Positions 51,413 to 61,325 are shown, counted from the stretch's first letter. The stretch is DNA of 64,000 bases from Snowella sp. (GCA_035285545.1 JAYKGY010000104.1:128001-192000); one strand, 5' to 3'. Program-made: numbers and translations. Notes: generated by a model from the sequence alone, not told the origin.

Positions 51413-52777
51413 TCAGGAATTGGGGGTAATTCTGGCTTTTCTGCTTTCCAGTAGGGTCAAGACCGTTTGATAGTGTTCCGTTAGGCGTTGGCGATCGCAG
51501 TCATCGAGTAGGCGATCATAACTACTTTGAAAAATCCTTTCAGCATGATTTCCTAACAGAACCAGATAGGGAAAATGATCGGTATGGCTGATAATTAACT
51601 GGATTGCTTGCAATAGGCGAGTTGTCACTACTAAATCTGAAGTGCCGTAACGTCGAATTTGGTTAAAGGCTAAATCCACTAAAGTCTCAAAAGAAATCGG
51701 TTCAGCGATCACTCGCAATTGAAGCGTACTCTCATCACAACGATCATCATAAGCGTAGGCAGAGGGCATGGGTCGCTGGACAAGTTGCGTTAAGGCTGCA
51801 CCGAGGCGATCGATACATCGGATGGCGGTAAAGGGATCATTAATTCCGGGAGAAAGGGCCCGCAGAGCAATCTCAACTAACTGATCGATGGGAAACTCAA
51901 TATCTTGGTGTTCTGTGCGTTCTCTACCCAACACAAATGCCTGATTAATCTGATGGATGAGTTTGGCATTAACTTGCCTGCCTGGATAAACAAGCAACAA
52001 TGGCTGATGTTTGATAATAAATTCTCCAGGTCTGAGGAGTAGACGAAACACTAAATTGTGTTGACAGGAAAGTTGCAACAATCGACGATTATCAATGATT
52101 TGTAAGTAGCCAGTATGATGGGAGTTGATAGGACGAGCTTGAGCATCAAAATCATCAGGAATAGTAGGGTTTTGTTGCGTATGGGCGCAATTATTCTGTT
52201 CTATGGCTTCGGGAAAAAGGCGATTGATTCCATCGTCTAATTCCTCGGCAACGCTAGCAATCACGTAGGAAGCTTGAATAATGGTTGATGCATGATGAAT
52301 AAAATAAATTAGGACTCCTGTTCCCAAAATCGCGAGTATAATGCTCATTGTGACTGAAAACTGCGGCACAAAGAGATTGTAATTTTCTCCATAAATGGTT
52401 CGTAGCACTAACAAACAGTAGAGAAAGGTGGCAATAAAAGTACCCAGGACAATTTGATTTCCTCGGTCTTGCATAAAATTTCGCAATAATCGGGGGCCAA
52501 AATTGGATGAAGCAAGCTGTAGGGCAACAATGGTGATGGAAAAAGCCGTTACTGCGACTGTCATCATGGAACTGGCAACTGCCGAAAGTAGTTCTCGTGC
52601 GCCGTCTGGGCCGCCACTATAAATCCAACTGAGTTTTTGAGAGGCGATCGCATCTGTCCGATCCAAGGCCAGCATTGCAAAAGCCAGAGCAATGCCGCCC
52701 AGGGCCATTAAACTGGGGAAAAACCAATAGCTAGATAGCAAGATGTCCCAAAATTTATTTAATTTAGTATTTTTCAT
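51413..52777 (-). CDS. DUF2254 family membrane protein
   Basis: SYWFFP, LQLASSNFGPRLL and IALRALSPGINDPFTA motifs. Confidence 0.85.
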   Translation of the reverse strand: MKNTKLNKFWDILLSSYWFFPSLMALGGIALAFAMLALDRTDAIASQKLSWIYSGGPDGARELLSAVASSMMTVAVTAFSITIVALQLASSNFGPRLLRNFMQDRGNQIVLGTFIATFLYCLLVLRTIYGENYNLFVPQFSVTMSIILAILGTGVLIYFIHHASTIIQASYVIASVAEELDDGINRLFPEAIEQNNCAHTQQNPTIPDDFDAQARPINSHHTGYLQIIDNRRLLQLSCQHNLVFRLLLRPGEFIIKHQPLLLVYPGRQVNAKLIHQINQAFVLGRERTEHQDIEFPIDQLVEIALRALSPGINDPFTAIRCIDRLGAALTQLVQRPMPSAYAYDDRCDESTLQLRVIAEPISFETLVDLAFNQIRRYGTSDLVVTTRLLQAIQLIISHTDHFPYLVLLGNHAERIFQSSYDRLLDDCDRQRLTEHYQTVLTLLESRKARITPNS

Positions 52778-52922
52778 TATTTTTTATGAATACAGTAATT
52801 TAAAGTAATTTAAAATAAGTTTGGCAGTCAAAAACGGTTTAAAAGCTTGTTATCAAAGCATTTCGTGACGTTATTTTTATTGAGAATGGCGATAGCTTAC
52901 GCTTGAGGCTGGTTTATATTTT

Positions 52923-53150
52923 GAAGATCGATTAGAGAATTATCCCGATGCGTTTCATGTAATTACCAAAAGCGAAACAGTAAGGATGAAAAGAAATAAT
53001 TCGGACAATCGCCATTGATGTGCCCGATTTTGTCAAAAACAGAAAGTTGTGTCTCGCTCAGTGGCAATGCTTGACCTAACGATGGCTTTATTCGCCAAAT
53101 TCAGCGTCAAGGTTATAGTTAATGGGTTATGTAACGGGAAGTTAGCCTGA
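52923..53150 (+). pseudogene. IS1-family transposase C-terminal remnant
   Basis: Own translation: ENYPDAFHVITKSETVRMKRNNSDNRH*CARFCQKQKVVSRSVAML; in-frame TGA at 53016-53018; no start codon. Confidence 0.72.
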
Positions 53151-53201
53151 TTTGCTGGAAACTTTCAAGAAAAATTGGGTATAAACAGCGAAATGTAGGC
53201 T

Positions 53202-55199
53202 TTAATTGATAACAGAAATTTCATTTTCTTCTATTACAACCGTATTGGGTTGATCCCATTCCAAGACTAACGTGCGAATTAAACGCGCGATCGCTTTTTG
53301 AATTAAACCCTCAGCAATTTGTTGGCCCATGCGTTGCGTCTCAGGATTCATCAGGAGTTTTGTCAGTACAGGAACCAACTTCATTGGATCAAAGCCGCGG
53401 GTATTGCGTAAAATCTGCCAGATGACTTTTAAATGATCAAAGGTTTTTGTCTGAGTTTGTAATTCCACTGGCGTATTCGGAACGGCTAAGCCGACTTGTT
53501 CCCGAATCCCAATGGTCAGATTAAACCAACTGCGACGACCGAACAGATCAATGGCATTAATTAATTCTGTTACCAAGCGATCGCGGATAAAACTGCCCCG
53601 TTCTGAGAATAAAAAGTTCGTGCCTTGCTCCAAAACTCTGTCAAAATCAAAATCAGGGGAATTTCGGGCATTATTTAATAGATTTTCCAACCGATTCCAA
53701 CGAAAACTGCCATCTTTAAACAATAAATCCTGTAAAGAAGCCCGAAGTTGGGGAGAATCATCGGTTAATAGACGTTTCGCTACGTAGGGATAGGCTTTGG
53801 TTAATACTTTAAAATTCGGGTCAATCCCAATGGCAATCCCTTCTAACGTCACCATTGAGCGAATAATTAAGGCGTAATAGGCAGGAACCCGAAAGGGAAA
53901 TTCATACATCATCGCCGACATTTGGTCGGTAATACTTTTAAAATTCAATTCCGCTACGCTCGCCCCTAGCGCATTCCCAAATACCTGGGTCAAGGCGGGA
54001 ATAATCGGCCTTAAATCGGTATCAGGTTTTAAAAACTCTAAATGAACGTAATCGTGAGCTAATGCCTCAAAATCCCGATTGACCAGATGCACCACCGCTT
54101 CAATTAACCCATAACGCTGATAGGGCTTAATGGTACTCATCATCCCAAAGTCAAGATAGGCTAAGCGTCCATCCTTCATTGCTAGTAAATTACCAGGATG
54201 GGGATCGGCATGGAAAAAGCCGTTTTCTAATAATTGCCGCAGAGAGCATTGCACGCCCACTTCGACTAAATGGGTTGCATCGATGCCTTGAGCCTGAATC
54301 GCCCGAATATTAGTTAACTTGGTTCCCTCAATCCATTCCATCGTCAACACCCGACGGCCGCTATATTCCCAATAAATGCAGGGTACATAAATTTCTTGGA
54401 GGTGGCCATAGAGTTCGGCAAACTTTTCGGCATTGCGTCCCTCTTGGATATAGTTCATTTCTTCAAAGATGCGGCTGGCTAATTCATCGGTAATAGCGAC
54501 TAAATCGGAACGAATCCGTTTAACATTTTGATTTGCCCAAATCGACAGCGATCGCATGATGTAAATATCGAGCGTAATCTGCTTAATCAGATCGGGACGT
54601 TGAACCTTAACCGCAACCTTTTCCCCCGTTTTTAAAATGCCTCGGTACACCTGCCCCAGGGATGCTGCCGCAATGGGATCTTCGGATAATTCGGCAAAAA
54701 CGTCTAACGGATTAGCTCCCAATTCCTCTTCCATCAATTCATAGGCAACTTCATTGGGAAAGGGCGGCAGTTGATCCTGTAGCGTGGTTAATTCCTGTAA
54801 ATAAAGCGGCGGAACTAAGTCAGGACGGGTAGAGAGTGCCTGACCAACTTTGATATAGGTTGGCCCCAGTTTGGTTAACAGTTCCCGCAGTTGGACAGCG
54901 CGTTTGCGGTCGGTTTTGGGATTTTTCCCCACAAATTTATCCCATTGCAACCCGAAAATAAACCAAACCAGGGGAATAATAATTCTAAATAAGCGACGAA
55001 TAACCTGAAAAGGACGCTGACGATAAAATTCAGTAATTAATTCGGGATGATAACGCCAACTTTCGGGAAACAGATCACTCACCGGCCCCAAGTCTTCGGT
55101 ATGGGCAAGGGGAAGATGGATCGGTTGCGCTTCCACAGAAAGGGTTTCTAATCCGTCTTCTATGATGTCGGAACTCGGCGTAATCATCGCTTGGGGCAT
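53202..55199 (-). CDS. ABC1/UbiB (AarF) family atypical kinase
   Basis: LGPTYIKVGQ, AAASLGQVY, VAVKVQRP, FFHADPHPGN and DFGM motifs. Confidence 0.95.
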   Translation of the reverse strand: MPQAMITPSSDIIEDGLETLSVEAQPIHLPLAHTEDLGPVSDLFPESWRYHPELITEFYRQRPFQVIRRLFRIIIPLVWFIFGLQWDKFVGKNPKTDRKRAVQLRELLTKLGPTYIKVGQALSTRPDLVPPLYLQELTTLQDQLPPFPNEVAYELMEEELGANPLDVFAELSEDPIAAASLGQVYRGILKTGEKVAVKVQRPDLIKQITLDIYIMRSLSIWANQNVKRIRSDLVAITDELASRIFEEMNYIQEGRNAEKFAELYGHLQEIYVPCIYWEYSGRRVLTMEWIEGTKLTNIRAIQAQGIDATHLVEVGVQCSLRQLLENGFFHADPHPGNLLAMKDGRLAYLDFGMMSTIKPYQRYGLIEAVVHLVNRDFEALAHDYVHLEFLKPDTDLRPIIPALTQVFGNALGASVAELNFKSITDQMSAMMYEFPFRVPAYYALIIRSMVTLEGIAIGIDPNFKVLTKAYPYVAKRLLTDDSPQLRASLQDLLFKDGSFRWNRLENLLNNARNSPDFDFDRVLEQGTNFLFSERGSFIRDRLVTELINAIDLFGRRSWFNLTIGIREQVGLAVPNTPVELQTQTKTFDHLKVIWQILRNTRGFDPMKLVPVLTKLLMNPETQRMGQQIAEGLIQKAIARLIRTLVLEWDQPNTVVIEENEISVIN

Positions 55200-55222
55200 A
55201 AGTTAACACGGGGAATGCAGAT

Positions 55223-55240
55223 TATGTTAACTATTGTAAC
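55223..55240 (-). promoter_or_regulatory. Putative HLR1 (RpaB-binding) direct repeat upstream of the ABC1 kinase
   Basis: Minus strand GTTACAAT-AG-TTAACATA, one mismatch to (G/T)TTACA(T/A)(T/A)-N2-(G/T)TTACA(T/A)(T/A). Confidence 0.55.
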
Positions 55241-55272
55241 AAGCTTTGCCTTGAGCTTTGGTTGACTCTTAG

Positions 55273-55971
55273 TCAGGCTTTTTCAAAATACCAAGCCCGA
55301 TGCCAGTGGTAATGGCTAATTTCTCGTCCAGAGGCAAACCCTGCTTCATCTGCCATTGCACACAAAGTTAAAGCGGTTTCAGGAAAGTCACTACTACGGA
55401 TATGTTCACTTAAAGCGGTCTTATCTTCGGGCGCGATCGCTGTCCATTCTTTTTGAATACGGTTTATATAATGCTCATAGTATTGCTCTCGGTCTTCTCG
55501 TTCATCCCGCATTACATCGATTAAGACTAAGATTCCTGAAAATTTTAAGCGTTTAAAGGCATAGGAGAAGAATTCGGCTTTTTCAGCAAGGGAAAAATGA
55601 TGGAGGGCAAAGCTACAAAAGATTAAATCAAAGGTATCTATGTTTTCCTGTAATCCTGTGAGTAAGTCGCCTTGGAAAAAGTCAAGTTGGGTATGAAGGG
55701 GGGCTAGATTTTGTTGGGCTTGCGCGATCGCGGTTTCAGAAAGATCATAACCTCGATAGTAGGCAACTTTGCGATTTTGGAGAATTTGGGCGAAATGGTA
55801 GGCACTGCCACACCCTAAATCTAGAACTTTAATGGCGCGATCGCGGAATTGTCGAGCGAGTAACAGGTTAACATCCTGATATAACTCCCGATGAGACATA
55901 TAGTTATACTCTAGGATTTGGCCATAAACTGACCAGGCATCGAAAAATTCCTTAACGCTCGTTTCGTCCAT
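55273..55971 (-). CDS. Class I SAM-dependent methyltransferase
   Basis: VLDLGCG and FDLIFCSFALHH motifs. Confidence 0.9.
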   Translation of the reverse strand: MDETSVKEFFDAWSVYGQILEYNYMSHRELYQDVNLLLARQFRDRAIKVLDLGCGSAYHFAQILQNRKVAYYRGYDLSETAIAQAQQNLAPLHTQLDFFQGDLLTGLQENIDTFDLIFCSFALHHFSLAEKAEFFSYAFKRLKFSGILVLIDVMRDEREDREQYYEHYINRIQKEWTAIAPEDKTALSEHIRSSDFPETALTLCAMADEAGFASGREISHYHWHRAWYFEKA

Positions 55972-55989
55972 TATGCTTATTAATATTGT

Positions 55990-56232
55990 TTAAGTTTCGG
56001 TCAAGAATAGATCTTCAGAATAGGGAATCGTTTGTCCAGTAAAGGCTTCATATAAACCTTGGCGAATTCCTTCAATAACAACTTCTGTTGGGGTCTCGTC
56101 TGGATCGATATCTTCGTTATCAACCATCAGAACAATAACATGAACAGATTGAGGTTGAGTAACTATTAACGGTTTATCAAGGATAAGTTGACCGTTTTCA
56201 TCAATTTTTGCTGTTGTTTTAATGGTTTTCAT
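55990..56232 (-). CDS. Small acidic protein, putative orphan antitoxin
   Basis: TAKIDENGQLILDKPL...DPDETP..IRQGLYEA..GQTIP pattern; no toxin adjacent. Confidence 0.55.
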   Translation of the reverse strand: MKTIKTTAKIDENGQLILDKPLIVTQPQSVHVIVLMVDNEDIDPDETPTEVVIEGIRQGLYEAFTGQTIPYSEDLFLTET

Positions 56233-56288
56233 TGTTGTTGTTGTTGATAGCTTACCCTTTTATTATCGTCGTTATTTTAACTTGAGTA

Positions 56289-57215
56289 ATGATCAAAAAA
56301 CCTTCGGGTTGGCAAGTGGGAATAATTTTGGGCATTGGGGTTTTTATGACCTCGACTTCTGCCATTTTTATTCGCTTATCCTTAAATGCTGCTAATCGCT
56401 CAGGGGTTGATTTTAGCTTGTTTCTAGCCGCCACTCGGTTGATGATAACCGCTTTAGTCCTTATTCCCAATTGGCGTAAACTCCGACCCGTTAACCCATC
56501 GCCCCAGCCCTACTATTACGCGATCGCCGCAGGAATTTGTTTAGCTCTCCATTTTGCCACTTGGATCAGTTCCCTCTCCTTTACCTCTATTGCCGCTTCC
56601 ACTGCTTTAGTAACAACCAATCCCGTTTGGGTCGCCCTGCTATCTTGGTTTTGGTGGCGAGAAAAACCCAGCCGTCGAGTAATTGCGGGAATTGTCATTG
56701 CTCTCCTGGGAGGCTTCATAATTGCCTTCAGTGATGCCCAAGGAAACGCCAATTATAGTAATCCCTTGTTGGGTGATACCTTAGCTCTCATCGGTTCCTG
56801 GTTAGCCAGTTTGTATCTTTTGTTTGGACGAGAAGCGCAAAAACAAGGCTTAAGCATCGGCCAATATATCGTCATTGCCTATACCGTCGCTGCATTGTGT
56901 TTATTTCCTTTTCCCTTCTTCTCTGGGCAAGGCTATTTGAGCTATCCCGCCCCTGTTTATCTTTATGTCTTGCTAATGGCTATTTTTCCTCAATTGATTG
57001 GCCATACCAGTATTAATTGGGCTGTAACTTGGATTTCTCCCACGATTGTCACCCTCGCCATTTTATTTGAACCCTTGGGATCGAGTTTCCTCGGTTGGCT
57101 GATTTTTCAAGAAATTCCCCCTGTTACCGTGATCATCGGTGGATTGATTTTATTATTAGGAGTAGCGATCGCCGCGATCGGTAATAAAAAGAACCAACAA
57201 ACCGATCTAACTTAA
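56289..57215 (+). CDS. DMT/EamA family transporter
   Basis: About 10 TM helices; HFATW, GHTSINWA and EPLG motifs. Confidence 0.9.
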   Translation: MIKKPSGWQVGIILGIGVFMTSTSAIFIRLSLNAANRSGVDFSLFLAATRLMITALVLIPNWRKLRPVNPSPQPYYYAIAAGICLALHFATWISSLSFTSIAASTALVTTNPVWVALLSWFWWREKPSRRVIAGIVIALLGGFIIAFSDAQGNANYSNPLLGDTLALIGSWLASLYLLFGREAQKQGLSIGQYIVIAYTVAALCLFPFPFFSGQGYLSYPAPVYLYVLLMAIFPQLIGHTSINWAVTWISPTIVTLAILFEPLGSSFLGWLIFQEIPPVTVIIGGLILLLGVAIAAIGNKKNQQTDLT

Positions 57216-57356
57216 CAATAAAGTCTTAATTTCTAACGAATTGCCGCTTCCTAAGACGATTAGCCTGTGCGACTTGTGTTTAGGGTCGCAATTATTGAAA
57301 CCTCTCATTGTGTGATACAAATTCTAGAAATATCAAAAATTAACTGAAAAAATAAA

Positions 57357-58634
57357 ATGACTCATTTTGGATTAATTTCTCCTGGATCGACAGGGCCCCT
57401 AAACACCATGCTTCCTTTGGGTCAAGAGCTACAAAGGCGCGGTCATCAGGTTACTCTTTTTGGCATATTGGATACTCAGCCCAAGGCATTAGCCGCAGAA
57501 ATAGATTTTCAAGCAATTGGAGAGGATGAATTTCCATGCGGAATGACTCAAAAAATTTTTGCTGAATTAGGAAAATTAAAAGGATTAGCGGCATTGAAAT
57601 ATACCGTTAAATTTCTAACCTTGGAGGCAGTCACATTGCTTCGAGATGCACCTTCTCGCATGAAGGATTTAGGCGTAGAAGCTTTAATTGTTAATCAAGG
57701 TTCATCCCAAGGGGGAACAGTTGCAGACTTTTTAGAAATTCCTTTTGTAACCGTTTGTAGTGCAGTCGTGTTAAATCGAGAGCCAAGCATTCCTCCATTT
57801 AATACTGATTGGCCCTATGATCCATCTTGGTGGGGATATTTACGCAATAAATTAGGTTATCAACTTCTAAACCGTGTGGCTAAGCCTATTACGGATGCTC
57901 TTAATGAATATCGTCAAGAGCATCATCTGCCCCTTTATTTCCATCCTAATGAACGTTACTCTTCATTAGCCCAAATTAGTCAAGCACCTGCCGCTTTTGA
58001 GTTTCCTCGACAACAATTACCTGCTTATTTTCATTTTACGGGGCCTTATCATTCCCAAAATAGTCGGAAATTTGTGGATTTTCCTTATGAAAAGTTGATA
58101 GGAAAACCGTTAATTTATGCTTCGATGGGAACGTTACAAAATCGGTTAATTGGCGTGTTTAAAGATATTGCGATGGCTTGCCAAGAGTTTGATGCCCAAC
58201 TCGTGATTTCTTTGGGAGGATCAGCCCCCCCCGAATCATTGCCTAACCTGTCAGGAAATCCTTTGATCGTTGAATATGCTCCTCAGCTAGAAATTCTAAA
58301 AAAAGCGACCTTAATGATTACCCATGCTGGCATGAATACAGCGATGGAATGTCTAATGAATGCTGTTCCAATGGTTGCTATCCCCGTTGCAAATGATCAG
58401 CCAGGGGTTGCTTCAAGGATTGCCTGGTCTGGCTGTGGCGAAAGTATTCCTCTCAAAAAGTTAACTGTATCTAAGCTAAAAACCGCGATTCAAAAAGTGT
58501 TAACCGAAGATTCCTACAAACAAAATGCGGTTAGATTACAAAGTGCCATTCAACAAGCGGGGGGAGTTAGTCGAGCGGCTGATATTATTGAGCAAGCTAT
58601 TTCAACAAAAAAGCCCGTTTTAGCTGAAAGATAA
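57357..58634 (+). CDS. GT1 UDP-glycosyltransferase (MGT/CrtX-like)
   Basis: ELQRRGHQV, YASMGTL and PQLEIL...ITHAGMNT...VPMVAIP..NDQ motifs. Confidence 0.9.
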   Translation: MTHFGLISPGSTGPLNTMLPLGQELQRRGHQVTLFGILDTQPKALAAEIDFQAIGEDEFPCGMTQKIFAELGKLKGLAALKYTVKFLTLEAVTLLRDAPSRMKDLGVEALIVNQGSSQGGTVADFLEIPFVTVCSAVVLNREPSIPPFNTDWPYDPSWWGYLRNKLGYQLLNRVAKPITDALNEYRQEHHLPLYFHPNERYSSLAQISQAPAAFEFPRQQLPAYFHFTGPYHSQNSRKFVDFPYEKLIGKPLIYASMGTLQNRLIGVFKDIAMACQEFDAQLVISLGGSAPPESLPNLSGNPLIVEYAPQLEILKKATLMITHAGMNTAMECLMNAVPMVAIPVANDQPGVASRIAWSGCGESIPLKKLTVSKLKTAIQKVLTEDSYKQNAVRLQSAIQQAGGVSRAADIIEQAISTKKPVLAER

Positions 58635-58672
58635 AGCTTAATTGATTTAATATCTCTCAAATTTGACGTAAT

Positions 58673-59554
58673 ATGAAAAAACTATTGGTAACCGGAGCAA
58701 GTGGCTTTTTGGGTTGGAATTTATGTCAATTTGCTAAATCCGATTGGCAAGTTTTTGGAACCTATTGGACGCATGAAATAAATTTTCCTGAAATTCATTT
58801 AACTAAAATTGATCTAACTAATTTTCAAGCTTTAAGGCAATTATTAGAAACGATTAAACCCGATGCGATTCTCCATTTAGCCGCCCAATCTCAACCGAAT
58901 TTTTGCCAAAAAAATCCTGAAATATCCTATCAAGTTAATGTCACCAGTTCGGTAAATCTTGCAAGCCTAGCTGCCGAGTTACAAGTTCCCTTTGTCTTTA
59001 CCTCCACCGATCTAGTTTTTGATGGCACTAATCCCCCCTATACCGAAAGCGATCGCGTTTGCCCAATCAATCTTTACGGAGAACACAAAGTCAAAGCCGA
59101 ACAGGAAATTTTAAAAATTTATCCCAATAGCGTTATTTGTCGGATGCCGTTGATGTTTGGACGACCCTCTCCTACTTCCCAGAGTTTTATTCAACCCTTT
59201 ATTGAAACCCTCAAAGCCGGAAAACCCCTCAGTTTATTTGAAGATGAAATGCGATCGCCGGTTAGTTCTACCACCGCAGCCCAAGGAATTTTATTAGCTT
59301 TAGAGAAATGCCGAGGAGAAATCTTGCATTTAGGTGGGAAAGAGTCCGTTTCTCGCCATCAATTTGGGTTAATCATGGCAGAACAATTAGATTTACCCAC
59401 TGATCAAATTACCGCCTGTTTACAAGCCGATGTACCAATGGCGGCTCCTCGTCCCAAGGATGTTTCCCTCAATAGCACTAAAGCCTATGGGTTAGGGTAT
59501 CAACCACCAAGTTTAAGAGAAGAGTTCAATCGCCTAAAAAAGCATACCGAATAA
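58673..59554 (+). CDS. RmlD-like NAD(P)-dependent reductase (extended SDR)
   Basis: TGASGFLG, STDLVFDG, YGEHK and RPKDVSL motifs. Confidence 0.88.
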   Translation: MKKLLVTGASGFLGWNLCQFAKSDWQVFGTYWTHEINFPEIHLTKIDLTNFQALRQLLETIKPDAILHLAAQSQPNFCQKNPEISYQVNVTSSVNLASLAAELQVPFVFTSTDLVFDGTNPPYTESDRVCPINLYGEHKVKAEQEILKIYPNSVICRMPLMFGRPSPTSQSFIQPFIETLKAGKPLSLFEDEMRSPVSSTTAAQGILLALEKCRGEILHLGGKESVSRHQFGLIMAEQLDLPTDQITACLQADVPMAAPRPKDVSLNSTKAYGLGYQPPSLREEFNRLKKHTE

Positions 59555-59742
59555 CAAATAATAGGGTAAAATGTTAGTTATAAAAATGCTGATTGAGAAG
59601 ATAGATTTGAGTAATATTTATATTAGTTTATTTTTTATATAAACCTTGTTTTATATGCTCTTTAGAGAATCACTACCATCGACTCACTACCCGTTAATTG
59701 AGGCTAATTTAATGAGATTAAATGACCTATTACGCCACAATC

Positions 59743-60963
59743 TTAAGCCGTTCTCAATGCCACAATCGGATCAAGCTTGGCTGCCCGTTGAGCAGGAATC
59801 ACGCCGAAAATTAGTCCAATCGTGCTAGAAATCCCTAAAGAGAGCGCGATCGCAGGAATGGAAACTCCCGCCGATAGGGGAGAAATCAAACCAATCACAA
59901 TAACGATACCTGACCCAATAGCGATTCCTAAAATACCACCGATCGCCGACACAATCACCGCTTCAACTAAAAACTGCATTAAAATATCACTTTTACTCGC
60001 TCCAATGGCTTTTCTTAGCCCAATTTCTTGAGTTCTTTCGGTGACAGAAACTAACATAATATTCATCACCCCGATCCCGCCGACAACTAAAGAAATACTC
60101 GCGATCGCGGCTAACATGATCGTTAACCCCCCTGTGACCGTTCCCACAATATCTAACATTTGTTTCGCCGTTGTCACGTTAAAATCATCCTCTTCATTTT
60201 GAATTTTGTGGCGTAAGCGAATTAAATTTTCGATTTGAAATTGGGCTGCCCGAATACTTTGTTCATCCTTAGCTTTCACATTAATCCAACTTAATTCAAT
60301 GCCAAAGGGAGAAGTCCGCCCGACAATTTGACTGACCATGGTGGTTAGGGGAATAAACACAGCTTCATCCTGATTGTTGCCTAAAAAAGAGCCTTTTTCT
60401 TCCATCACGCCAATAATTTCAAAATTAATATTATTGAGTCGGATTCTTTCTCCAATCGGATTTTGGGTTTTAAAAAAACGTTGGGCAATTTCACTGCCAA
60501 TGACGACAACCCGTTTCGCACGTTCTACATCCATTGAGGTTAAAAATCGTCCTTTTTCGACATAAAAACTGCGAATATCTTGATAATCAGGCGTAGTTCC
60601 AATAATTAAACCATTGGTGTTTTGATTACGGTAACTCATCAATTGTCGTCGATTAATTTCAGGCGCAACCCCTTCAATACTGGGCACTTGAGCCGCGATC
60701 GCGTCTGAATCGGCTAAAACTAAGGTGCGGGGCAGTTCAAAGGTTGTATTCTGGGCTTTACGAGATCCGGGCAAGACAAACATCACATTTGGGCCAAGAT
60801 CGGATAACTTTTCTTCCGCAAGTTGTTGCGCCCCCTGACCAATGCCAATCATAGCAATGACTGAAGCATTTCCAATAATAATCCCCAACATGGTTAAGGT
60901 ACTGCGTAACTTATTGGCCATTAACATTGAGGAGGCAATTTTAAAACTTTCAGAAAAATCCAT
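59743..60963 (-). CDS. ABC transporter permease (MacB/FtsX-type)
   Basis: LTMLGIIIG, GIGVMNIMLVSVTERTQEIGLRKAIGA and LDPIVALR motifs. Confidence 0.93.
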   Translation of the reverse strand: MDFSESFKIASSMLMANKLRSTLTMLGIIIGNASVIAMIGIGQGAQQLAEEKLSDLGPNVMFVLPGSRKAQNTTFELPRTLVLADSDAIAAQVPSIEGVAPEINRRQLMSYRNQNTNGLIIGTTPDYQDIRSFYVEKGRFLTSMDVERAKRVVVIGSEIAQRFFKTQNPIGERIRLNNINFEIIGVMEEKGSFLGNNQDEAVFIPLTTMVSQIVGRTSPFGIELSWINVKAKDEQSIRAAQFQIENLIRLRHKIQNEEDDFNVTTAKQMLDIVGTVTGGLTIMLAAIASISLVVGGIGVMNIMLVSVTERTQEIGLRKAIGASKSDILMQFLVEAVIVSAIGGILGIAIGSGIVIVIGLISPLSAGVSIPAIALSLGISSTIGLIFGVIPAQRAAKLDPIVALRTA

Positions 60964-60969
60964 TTTTTT

Positions 60970-61046
60970 TAGTTAATAGTTAATAGTTAATAGTTAATAG
61001 TTAATAGTTAATAGTTAATAGTTAATATTTGATGGTTAATATTTGA
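60970..61046. repeat. Heptamer tandem repeat: TAGTTAA x8 plus 3 degenerate units
   Basis: Perfect units at 60970-61025. Confidence 0.93.
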
Positions 61047-61269
61047 TATAGCAATTTTTATGAAAGCAAAGTACGAATAATAGGCTTAACCTCTTTTTTG
61101 ACAAGTTTTATGGGAACCTCATAATAATAGAAAAAAGCCATAGTTAATAATTGTATTAGTAGAAAAAATCGTTTTTTTAAATAAACATCATTAATACTTA
61201 CAAATTATGTTTTTTGTTCTTTTAAAAACTTGCCTCATTACTTTAATCTCAAAATGACTAACCATCAAT

Positions 61270-61325
61270 TATTCACTATTCACTATTCACTATTCACTAC
61301 TCACTATTAACTATTAACTATTCAC
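61270..61325. repeat. Heptamer tandem repeat: TATT(C/A)AC x8, inverted relative to the 60970 array
   Basis: TATTCAC x4, TACTCAC, TATTAAC x2 and TATTCAC; overlaps the stop codon of the adaptor gene. Confidence 0.9.

Noticed and set aside
53016..53018. TGA recoding (selenocysteine or readthrough)
   Set aside because: It lies in a start-less, decayed transposase fragment; a nonsense mutation is the simpler explanation.
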